In this document: positions 1-7,593 of the stretch, piece after piece
Layout: each line of letters starts with the position of its first letter
Numbering within the stretch: the first letter of the stretch is position 1
NCBI GenBank assembly: GCA_017412045.1
Contig: JAFQOX010000017.1
Location: forward strand, 6,183 to 70,182
DNA: 64,000 nucleotides
Source of the DNA: Clostridia bacterium
GTDB lineage: Bacteria; Bacillota; Clostridia; Oscillospirales; CAG-272
Direction: 5' to 3'
Program-made: the position numbers and the translations under genes
Notes under the pieces: model-generated
Database searches by the model: none
What the model was told of the DNA's origin: nothing
The model's input: only the letters and a program-made list of their open reading frames with translations

Positions 1-390
1 AAACCACGTATATTCCTACAATAAACAGCAGCGCATAAATGATACCGCTCGGACCGTCGTCTGCAAAAGTAAGAGGTTTGCCGAGATATAAAACGATAGG
101 TATATCAAAAGCAAAAGCACCCAAAGCTATTTTTATCAGCACAGATGCGGCTTTGCTGTAAAAAACGCCCTGTTCCGCCTCGGTCCGTTCGTCCCCGGAT
201 TTTGCAATACGGCGAACGAAGCCGATGATCAACGTGATCATTAAGCTGAAATAAATAACCGCATCGGGAAACGCAAACCAATAATAGCGAATCGGGGCGT
301 TTCGCAATAAATTCATCGCATGAATTTGTGCAAGTACGAAGGTTACGGCAAACGCAATCAAGATCGCTCTTTTTGCTATTTTCCCTTTCA
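1..390 (-). CDS. Integral membrane protein, partial (C-terminus lies beyond the left window edge), co-directional with and about 32 nt downstream of the XRE regulator
   Basis: My own minus-strand translation from GTG at ~388-390 gives VKGKIAKRAILIAFAVTFVLAQIHAMNLL...GIIYALLFIVGIYVV with no stop before position 1. It has several hydrophobic spans. It is absent from the ORF track because it has no in-window stop. The start codon is uncertain. Confidence 0.45.
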
Positions 391-422
391 CACTTTCAAT
401 TCTTTCATCATAAAACACAAGA

Positions 423-611
423 TCACCTCCAAAACAAATCATTCAGCGTAACGCCCAGCTCTTTGCATATACGGATGCAAAGCTCGATCGTGGGATTATA
501 CGATCCGTTTTCGATCATATTGATCGTCTGACGGGAAACCCCGATGCGTTTGGCAAGCTCGGCTTGAGATAGCTTCTTTTCCAGCCGCGCCTGTTTCATT
601 TTTTCATTCAT
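423..611 (-). CDS. XRE-family helix-turn-helix transcriptional regulator (62 aa)
   Basis: LSQAELAKRIGVSRQTINMIENGSYNPTIELCIRICKELGVTLNDLF is a textbook Cro/C1-type HTH. GGAGGAAGCC RBS lies just upstream on the minus strand. Confidence 0.9.
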   Translation of the reverse strand: MNEKMKQARLEKKLSQAELAKRIGVSRQTINMIENGSYNPTIELCIRICKELGVTLNDLFWR

Positions 612-620
612 GGCTTCCTC

Positions 621-684
621 CTGTCAATTATATTTGACAATTCTATGATAGCATACGTTTTTCGATTTGTCAATTATATTTGAC
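621..684. promoter_or_regulatory. Two identical copies of the 18-mer TGTCAATTATATTTGACA (inverted arms TGTCAA/TTGACA), a probable operator pair for the adjacent XRE repressor
   Basis: The exact 18-mer occurs at ~621-638 and ~667-684 in the XRE upstream region. The palindromic arms are separated by 6 nt. Confidence 0.55.
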
Positions 685-974
685 AAATTTGCATTTATTT
701 TTTAGGGCTTGTTGTAAAATGCTATTGCAATTTGCGAATTTGTTTTACAAACATATTCCTAAAACAATTGATATTTGCAAATATTTATGGTAAAATATAT
801 ACAGGAAAAGAATATTCTGATCGAAGTGCCGGGCACGATCGCGGAGCAGGAACGCGAAATGATTCGAAATCGTCAGGCAGGCGATGTCGTTGAGCGGCAC
901 AAAAAGAACGAGCTTTTATAAACCGGTTGGTAAAACAATTTAAGAGAAGATATCATAAGAAAGAAGGGAAAAAA

Positions 975-2666
975 ATGAAAGTTGTAATCGTTGGAGGCGT
1001 GGCTGTCGGAGCTACGGCGGCGGCAAGAATTCGCAGATTGGATGAACAAGCGGAAATCGCAGTATTTGAACGAACGGGGTATATTTCCTATGCAAACTGC
1101 GGTTTGCCGTATTATATTGGCGATGTGATCACCGATCCGGAAGATCTGACACTTCAGACACCGGAAAGCTTTTTTACCAGATTCCGGGTTCATATAAAGA
1201 CTTTTCATGAAGTGATTGCAATCAATACGGAGCGCAAAACGGTCTCCGTGAAGAATTTGGAAAACGGAACGGTATTTGAAGAAAGTTACGATAAACTGAT
1301 TCTGTCTCCGGGCGCAAAGCCTGCACAGCCTCGTTTGCCGGGAGTGGAAATGGATAAGCTGTTCACACTTCGCACCGTAGAGGACACGCTGCGCATCAAG
1401 AACTATATTCAGAAGTATAAGCCCAAATCAGCGGTATTGGCGGGCGGTGGCTTTATCGGATTGGAGCTCGCGGAAAATTTGCGGGAATCGGGTATGGACG
1501 TTACCATCGTTCAGCGTCCGAAACAATTGATGAAGCCTTTCGATGCAGATATGGCGGCGCTGATTCATAACGAGATGAGAAAACACGGTGTCAAGCTTGC
1601 GCTCGGTTACACGGTGGAAGGCTTTGAGGAAAGCGGAGATGGCGTAGACGTACTGCTGAAGGATCATGCGCCGCTTCATGCCGATATGGTGGTGCTGGCG
1701 ATCGGCGTGGTCCCCGATACCGCTCTCGCCAAGGAAGCAGGGCTGAAGCTGGGACTCAAGGGCAGCATCGTCGTCAACGACCGTATGGAAACTTCCGAGC
1801 CCGATATATATGCGGGAGGAGATGCAGTTCAGGTAAAGCATTACGTTACGGGTGAGGATACGCTGATTTCTTTGGCAGGTCCCGCCAATAAGCAAGGACG
1901 AATCATCGCGGATAATATCTGCGGTGGGGATAGCCGATATTCAGGCAGTCAGGGAAGCTGTGTAATTAAGGTTTTTGATATGACCGCGGCTGCTACGGGA
2001 ATCAACGAAACCAATGCCAAAGATCTTGGATTGGATGTGGATACCGTAATCCTCTCTCCCATGAGCCATGCAGGTTATTATCCGGGCGGTAAGGTCATGA
2101 CGGTAAAAATTGTTTTTGAAAAAGAAACGTACCGATTGCTCGGCGCGCAGATCGTGGGTTATGATGGCGTGGACAAGCGGATCGACGTATTGGCTACAGC
2201 CATCCATGCGGGTATGAAGGCAACGGAGTTGAAGGATCTGGATCTTGCGTATGCGCCTCCGTATTCCTCTGCCAAGGATCCTGTGAATATGGCAGGGTTT
2301 ATGATCGACAATATTGCCAACGGCACGCTGAAGCAGTGGCATTTGGCAGATGCGAATCAACTCCCGGCAGACGGCAGCGTAACGCTTCTGGATACCAGAA
2401 CGGTTGGTGAATATAGCCGTGGACATATTGAGGGCTTCAGAAATATACCCGTGGATGAACTGCGCGAACGGCTTGATGAAATTGAAAAGGGTAAGCCCGT
2501 TTATGTGATTTGTCAGAGCGGTCTGCGCAGTTACATTGCCTGCCGTATTCTGGAGGGAAACGGTTTTGAAGCATATAATTTTTCCGGAGGCTTTCGTTTT
2601 TACGATGCCGTGATCAACGACCGCGCTCTGATCGAAAGAGCATATTCCTGCGGAATGGACAAATAA
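975..2666 (+). CDS. CoA-disulfide reductase / NADH oxidase-family flavoprotein with C-terminal rhodanese domain
   Basis: MKVVIVGGVAVGATAAARI (FAD Rossmann fold), redox Cys motif SYANCGLPYY, second GGGFIGLE nucleotide-binding site, C-terminal rhodanese loop VICQSGLRS. AAGAAGGGA RBS precedes ATG 975. The track ORF starts at 927 but 975 is preferred. Confidence 0.85.
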   Translation: MKVVIVGGVAVGATAAARIRRLDEQAEIAVFERTGYISYANCGLPYYIGDVITDPEDLTLQTPESFFTRFRVHIKTFHEVIAINTERKTVSVKNLENGTVFEESYDKLILSPGAKPAQPRLPGVEMDKLFTLRTVEDTLRIKNYIQKYKPKSAVLAGGGFIGLELAENLRESGMDVTIVQRPKQLMKPFDADMAALIHNEMRKHGVKLALGYTVEGFEESGDGVDVLLKDHAPLHADMVVLAIGVVPDTALAKEAGLKLGLKGSIVVNDRMETSEPDIYAGGDAVQVKHYVTGEDTLISLAGPANKQGRIIADNICGGDSRYSGSQGSCVIKVFDMTAAATGINETNAKDLGLDVDTVILSPMSHAGYYPGGKVMTVKIVFEKETYRLLGAQIVGYDGVDKRIDVLATAIHAGMKATELKDLDLAYAPPYSSAKDPVNMAGFMIDNIANGTLKQWHLADANQLPADGSVTLLDTRTVGEYSRGHIEGFRNIPVDELRERLDEIEKGKPVYVICQSGLRSYIACRILEGNGFEAYNFSGGFRFYDAVINDRALIERAYSCGMDK

Positions 2667-2952
2667 TATTACGATCATTTTTATAGGAAAAAGGCACAAT
2701 CGGCTATACCGGGTGTCTTTTTCCTATTCTTTTTTCCTTGATTTTTCATGAGATCATGAAAAAATGAGAATGGGAAAAAATTCTTTTCATCTTCTGAATC
2801 GGTAAATTTTTTATGTATGCGCAATCAAAAACGAAAGCTTTATTAAAAAACTGAAAATAAATCAAAAACCCTGTATCATTTTTCCTCTCATTTGAGAGTA
2901 ACAGTATAGACAGGATGCTTGCCTAACAAAATTTGACGGTACATTTCCTTCG

Positions 2953-2977
2953 TGATATCATCCATTGGATGATATCA
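2953..2977. promoter_or_regulatory. Perfect 12+12 bp palindrome TGATATCATCCA-T-TGGATGATATCA about 34 nt upstream of the sigma factor start codon
   Basis: Read directly from the sequence. A TTGACG -35-like hexamer sits ~17 nt upstream (about 2931). Confidence 0.5.
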
Positions 2978-3010
2978 TTTCGTGAATGAATGTGATAAAG
3001 GAGTGTGTAA

Positions 3011-3575
3011 GATGTCGCCATTGTGTTTGGTGTTGATTGATGACGAATATGACAGGATCAATTTTAAGAAAATATACGAGCGGTATGCGGATGATGTGTT
3101 TAAGCGGATATATAAATTGGTAAACAACCGTCAGGATGCAGAGGATATTATGCAGGAGACATGGCTTGCCGTTGCCGAAAATATACAATTTTACCGTTCC
3201 AAGGACGACGCATCTATGCGGGCGTATATATTGAGGATCGCAAAAAACAGAGCGATTACCTTTTATCATACGAGCGAGAAGGAAAAAAGCCGTCGGTGTG
3301 ACACCGAGCTGATGGATTTGGCTGAAAGCAGTGATGACGAAACGCTTCTTTTTGATATGTGTAACAAAATGGACGTCGCCGTGATTTGTGAATGTATCCG
3401 TTCTCTTGATGAAATTTACAGCGACGTTTTGAATTATTATTATTTACACGATCATACCGTAAAAGAAATTGCAAAATTATTCAAATTGAAGGAAGTGACC
3501 GTGAGGGCGAGATTGGCACGCGGCCGCAAAAAATTGTTACAATTGCTCGAAGGGAGGAATCTGAATGAACGATAA
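3011..3575 (+). CDS. Sigma-70 family RNA polymerase sigma factor, ECF-like (regions 2 and 4 only)
   Basis: Region 2: RQDAEDIMQETWLAVAENIQFY...YILRIAKNRAITFYH. Region 4 HTH: YYLHDHTVKEIAKLFKLKEVTVRARLARGRKKL. AAAGGAG RBS lies 7 nt before ATG 3011. The track ORF starts at GTG 2982. Confidence 0.85.
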
Positions 3576-4065
3576 AGAATTATCGGGAAAAAGCCGCTTG
3601 AAGGAAGCTCTGCAATTCAGCGATCAAGCGTACGTTGACAAGCATCCGCCGATGGAGACCGATGTCCGATATTCAAAAAAGCATTTGAAATATATGGCGC
3701 GCCTGACGAGGCAAACGGTATCTCCTATTGGAATTTACGCAAGAAAATACGTTGCGGCGCTGATGGCGGCAGTATTTCTTCTCGTTTGCGGTTCCGTCAC
3801 GATATCCGCAGTCAGAGCGCCTTTAACCGAATTTTTGGAAACGGTTTCTTCCTCCATTTTTAAGGATCCGAATCCCTCTCAATCCGATGATCCGCATACA
3901 GAGCACGATTTTTCCGTTTTGGCAACGGATGATCCCAACAAGCATTATTACCGCTGTGCAGATGAGCGTTGCAAAGAAAGATCGAAAGAGGAATTTCATA
4001 CTTACGTTCCCAATGAAGAAAAACGGCGGTTGGAGTGTTCGGTTTGCGGCAGAGTCGCCAATTGA
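3565..4065 (+). CDS. Putative anti-sigma factor: single-pass membrane protein with a Cys/His-rich C-terminal ectodomain
   Basis: Overlaps the sigma gene by 11 nt (translational coupling). Has one TM (YVAALMAAVFLLVCGSVTISAV). The C-terminus reads KHYYRCADERCKERSKEEFHTYVPNEEKRRLECSVCGRV. The call rests on position and topology only. Confidence 0.55.
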   Translation: MNDKELSGKSRLKEALQFSDQAYVDKHPPMETDVRYSKKHLKYMARLTRQTVSPIGIYARKYVAALMAAVFLLVCGSVTISAVRAPLTEFLETVSSSIFKDPNPSQSDDPHTEHDFSVLATDDPNKHYYRCADERCKERSKEEFHTYVPNEEKRRLECSVCGRVAN

Positions 4066-4087
4066 CGTTGAAAAAGGAGAAGATTTT

Positions 4088-5635
4088 ATGATGAAAAAAA
4101 TCATCGCCGGCATTCTTACAATCATGATGATGCTGTCTTTTACTGCGTGCAACACGGATCCTATTTCCGAAGATCCCATGACGTATGATACCCAAGACAA
4201 AACGAGCCGTACGGAAGCCTCCGCTTCCACAGACAGAAGCCCGTCAACAACCAATCCGTCCGCGCAACCGATTTGGGAAAAGCCTGTCGCGCCGAGCGGG
4301 TGGGAATATCCCGAAATTGATCTTTCCGAGGGCAAATATACGCCGTCGGCGCTCGATCCCGCTGCGCTTGCAAGGAAGCTCGGCTATAAGGACGGAACTT
4401 ATGAATACGAATATTTCCGCGCGCTTTCGGGTCTCTCCTTTTACGCGCGGATCGCAAGCAACAAGGTTTCTTCCGCAACGAAAAATACTGCGGTCAGTTC
4501 TCTTGCAAAGGGATTTTTTGAAGTGATCAGCCGTGATACCTTCCTTGCTCCTTATGAAGATATTCTTTATCATACGTTTTCTCTTTTAAAGAAGTCGGAC
4601 TTTACGCTTTTTGCCGATAACGAAGCGCTGATTGCAGAGTATCAAAATACGCTTTCCTATCAATGGGATAAGCCCACGGAAATTTGGTATACGGCGGCAC
4701 TTTCGTTCACGGATATGGATACGAAGCTGACGGAATACGCGCTTGCGCTGCTAACGCTAAAAGAAAAATATCCCGATTACGCGGGTGAATTCACACTTTC
4801 CGAGGAAGCGATCTCCCAAGCGCAGGCAATCGTTGATTCCTGTAAGGCCGTTGCCGACAGCCGAGATGAGCAATGGGCAGCATGGGAGGAATATTTCAAG
4901 GAATCGACTCCAAAGGTGACGGTAACGTCGGAGATCATTCCCGAAAAAGATGCTGTGAAGCTTATTTTTACGAGCGACCACCCGCTTTCCGTTCAGATCG
5001 ACCCGAAATATATCGCGGATTTCAAGGGCGAGGTGACGCAAAACGGAAACGCTGTCGGTTATCACTATGAACCGATGGAATCTCCCGTCGTTTGCTACGT
5101 TCCGATCGGTCTTTTTTATTCCACGCACGGGGAATTTTCGGTGACGAAATATGTAACCAATGATTTGACGCACACTTATAAAGAAACGGTCACGGCTTCT
5201 GCCGATTTCCATTCGTGCTTTTCCGATGAAGCGATTACGGTTTCCGATCCGTTTTTGGATGCCGTTTTAAAGGCAGAATTCGGCGGCTCCTACAACGAGA
5301 GAGCGCTTTCACGAATCAGAAGCATTTCGGTTTCCTATCGACGAACAGATCGGGAAAACGTGGGCGGAGCGGCATTCAAAAAAGAGCCCTCCGTTCTGAT
5401 CACATATTACGACAAAACGCTCGGCGACGGCGGATCCTCCTATCATACGTATTCCGATTATTATACGGTGGGTTGGACGGGGGACTTTCCCCCGTGCGTC
5501 TGGGAGGATATGGAATATTTTCCGCTTCTGGAAAGCGTTTCGTTCCACCAAGACGGCTCATCCAAAATTCCGCTTCCCGAGGAATATCTCGACCGTATTC
5601 TCATAAAGGAATATACGGCTGACGATTTTTCATGA
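4088..5635 (+). CDS. Lipoprotein of unknown function (~515 aa)
   Basis: MMKKIIAGILTIMMMLSFTAC is a signal peptide plus lipobox (LSFTAC), followed by a Ser/Thr/Pro/Asp-rich linker. GGAGAAG RBS precedes ATG 4088. The track ORF 3887.. overlaps the anti-sigma gene, so the later start is preferred. Confidence 0.7.
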   Translation: MMKKIIAGILTIMMMLSFTACNTDPISEDPMTYDTQDKTSRTEASASTDRSPSTTNPSAQPIWEKPVAPSGWEYPEIDLSEGKYTPSALDPAALARKLGYKDGTYEYEYFRALSGLSFYARIASNKVSSATKNTAVSSLAKGFFEVISRDTFLAPYEDILYHTFSLLKKSDFTLFADNEALIAEYQNTLSYQWDKPTEIWYTAALSFTDMDTKLTEYALALLTLKEKYPDYAGEFTLSEEAISQAQAIVDSCKAVADSRDEQWAAWEEYFKESTPKVTVTSEIIPEKDAVKLIFTSDHPLSVQIDPKYIADFKGEVTQNGNAVGYHYEPMESPVVCYVPIGLFYSTHGEFSVTKYVTNDLTHTYKETVTASADFHSCFSDEAITVSDPFLDAVLKAEFGGSYNERALSRIRSISVSYRRTDRENVGGAAFKKEPSVLITYYDKTLGDGGSSYHTYSDYYTVGWTGDFPPCVWEDMEYFPLLESVSFHQDGSSKIPLPEEYLDRILIKEYTADDFS

Positions 5636-5653
5636 TCCCGCTGAGAGGTGCTT

Positions 5654-6151
5654 ATGAAAAAACTTCTTATCTTGTTTTGTCTTTTTTCCATACTTCTTTG
5701 TTCGTGCGGCAAGGCGGACGAGGTTCTCGACCTCTCCGCCTTTCATGAAAATTTCCGCACGGAGCACGGTGCGCTTTTTGATAACGCAAGCTGTGAACAC
5801 GATCTGCGGTATCGGAATATGCCCGATCCGCTTTCGGATGACGACGTGACCGTTTATCATGAGGTTTCATGCTATTACGGCAATTGCGATTTTGAAACGC
5901 ATTTGGAACCGCATACGGTCTCTTATTCAAACATTCAAGTTCAAAACGGAAATCCCAAATTGAAAGAAAACGGCTGTCTGTATCACCGTTTGGTCGTTCA
6001 ATGCGAATATTGCCGCGTTTATCCGTATTTTTATATCTACGTTTTATGCCCGAACCAAGATACTGCTTGTAAGGGCGGAAAAGAGTGCCTTGCCGGTGCG
6101 GATTGGGAGGAGATCTTATGCGATACGCCTTACGTAATATCGTACGATTAA
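5654..6151 (+). CDS. Cys/His-rich small lipoprotein, copy 1
   Basis: MKKLLILFCLFSILLCSCG is a signal peptide plus lipobox. The mature part has >=12 Cys. It is a paralog of 9459..9977, with shared blocks CEH.L.Y, YH..SC..G.CD.E.H.EPH, KENG.LYH, C.EC, DW.EI...TPY.I. Confidence 0.7.
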   Translation: MKKLLILFCLFSILLCSCGKADEVLDLSAFHENFRTEHGALFDNASCEHDLRYRNMPDPLSDDDVTVYHEVSCYYGNCDFETHLEPHTVSYSNIQVQNGNPKLKENGCLYHRLVVQCEYCRVYPYFYIYVLCPNQDTACKGGKECLAGADWEEILCDTPYVISYD

Positions 6152-7593
6152 AAACGCGGAGCTTTCTGAGCTTTGCCATCGCGTTTGCCATTCTTTTTCT
6201 TTCCATGCTCGGCGTTTTGACCGTTCGGCTCTGCGAGGATAACCGAGAACGCTTTTTCGGTCCGCTCGACGGCGCCTATCACGTAACGGACAGTGCCTAT
6301 ACGCCCTTCCTTTCCTATGAGGCGGCGGAATATCTGGAGAAATATTCCGAAGCGATCACGAAGACCTCCGCCGTGATGGAGCGGACGGTTTCTTTTCCCG
6401 ATATGGAGTATATCGGGAAAAACGATTATGCGAGAGAAACCTTCGGCTGGGAAAGGGCTTACCTTCCCATTGGAACGGCACAAACGGCGTATCACGAGGG
6501 CTTTCTTCTTTGCGCGGTGACCTCTATGGATATTTTGAAGGAGGTCTACGGCGGTGATCTCGTCATGACGGAAGGCACGGCGATCAGTGAAAAAAACAAC
6601 GCCGACGGTGCAAACAAGATCGTGATTTCCTTCTCGGTCGCAGAGAAAAACGGATTGAAGCTTGGAGACCGCGTGCATCTCGATCCGTTTTCCGTTTTCA
6701 GTGAAGAAGAAGGCGCAGTTTCCGCTTACCTTGGATTCTCCGAAGAGTATTCGGCGTATGAATACATCGTCGGCGGTATTTATGAAAACCGTGAGAATAA
6801 CGGAGTTTCCGCTTCGCTTCCGAGTGAGATCAATGAAAATAAGGTTTATATCCCCATCTCGACTCTGACGGAAATGGCGAGAGATCCCTATCTTCTTGAT
6901 TTTGGCATTCGTAACGAAACGGGGCTTTCCGAGGAACCGCCGTCCGTGATTCCCGACAGACTCTATTTTCAGGTAAACAATACGGGAAGCGTAAAAATTT
7001 TAGAGAAAAAAATAAATGAGATCGGTTTTTCGGAGGCGCTTCTGCTTTCGCCCTATATATCCGATGCGGCTTCTTCACCATCCGCAAGACTTTCCGAGAT
7101 CGTTTCCTTGCTTCTTGTCGGTGTGATCGGAATGGGCTTTGCCGTTTTTGCGCTTACGGTGTTTTTTAATATGAAAGCAAGGAACAGAGAGCTTGCCGTG
7201 CTGACGGCACTCGGACAAAAGCGAAGCTGTGTCGTTCTCTCGTTTTTTGCTGAAATCTGTATTCTGACCTTTTTAGCCTTCCTGTGCGGTATTTTTCTTT
7301 TGATGGGAGCGGTCGTGCTTTTGGCTGTTCCGATCTCAAATTACTTGTATGAAGCTGAATTTTCGGCAAAGATTACGCATGAAAGCGCGGATCTCTTTTT
7401 GATCGGAAGCGGAGCGCAATCTGCCGCAACTGAAAAATTGGAGGATTTCGATTTTCTTTTTACTCGATATATCATACCGAGCACCGCGCTTTCCGCATTG
7501 GCGGCGGTCTTGATCCTGCTTCTTATTTTCGGTATCGTAGCTTTTTATGTCCGTAAGATCAACGCATTGTCGGGAGTGGGAGGAAAAGAATGA
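6118..7593 (+). CDS. ABC transporter permease, MacB/FtsX type, 4 TM with large extracytoplasmic domain, copy 1
   Basis: MRYALRNIVRLKTRSFLSFAIAFAILFL (typical FtsX-family N-terminus plus TM1), ~300 aa ectodomain, then TM2-loop-TM3-loop-TM4 (IVSLLLVGVIGMGFAVFALTVFFNMKARNRELAVLTALG...ALAAVLILLLIFGIVAFYV). Overlaps both the upstream and downstream genes. Confidence 0.85.
   Translation: MRYALRNIVRLKTRSFLSFAIAFAILFLSMLGVLTVRLCEDNRERFFGPLDGAYHVTDSAYTPFLSYEAAEYLEKYSEAITKTSAVMERTVSFPDMEYIGKNDYARETFGWERAYLPIGTAQTAYHEGFLLCAVTSMDILKEVYGGDLVMTEGTAISEKNNADGANKIVISFSVAEKNGLKLGDRVHLDPFSVFSEEEGAVSAYLGFSEEYSAYEYIVGGIYENRENNGVSASLPSEINENKVYIPISTLTEMARDPYLLDFGIRNETGLSEEPPSVIPDRLYFQVNNTGSVKILEKKINEIGFSEALLLSPYISDAASSPSARLSEIVSLLLVGVIGMGFAVFALTVFFNMKARNRELAVLTALGQKRSCVVLSFFAEICILTFLAFLCGIFLLMGAVVLLAVPISNYLYEAEFSAKITHESADLFLIGSGAQSAATEKLEDFDFLFTRYIIPSTALSALAAVLILLLIFGIVAFYVRKINALSGVGGKE

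Noticed and set aside
328-531. A 67-aa plus-strand ORF.
   Set aside because: It is antisense to the XRE regulator and the downstream membrane protein, with a low-complexity translation and no RBS.
787-921. A 44-codon ORF (MVKYIQEKNILIEVPGTIAEQEREMIRNRQAGDVVERHKKNELL) in the leader region upstream of the flavoprotein gene. Its 3-prime half is noticeably more GC-rich than the surrounding DNA.
   Set aside because: It has no Shine-Dalgarno sequence and no recognisable family, and it is below the ORF-track threshold. It may be a gene remnant or a leader peptide, but I cannot support a call.
3887-4087. An N-terminal extension of the lipoprotein ORF (track start 3887) overlapping the anti-sigma gene by ~180 nt.
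   Set aside because: The extension has no signal-peptide logic. ATG 4088 has an RBS and starts a canonical signal peptide plus lipobox.
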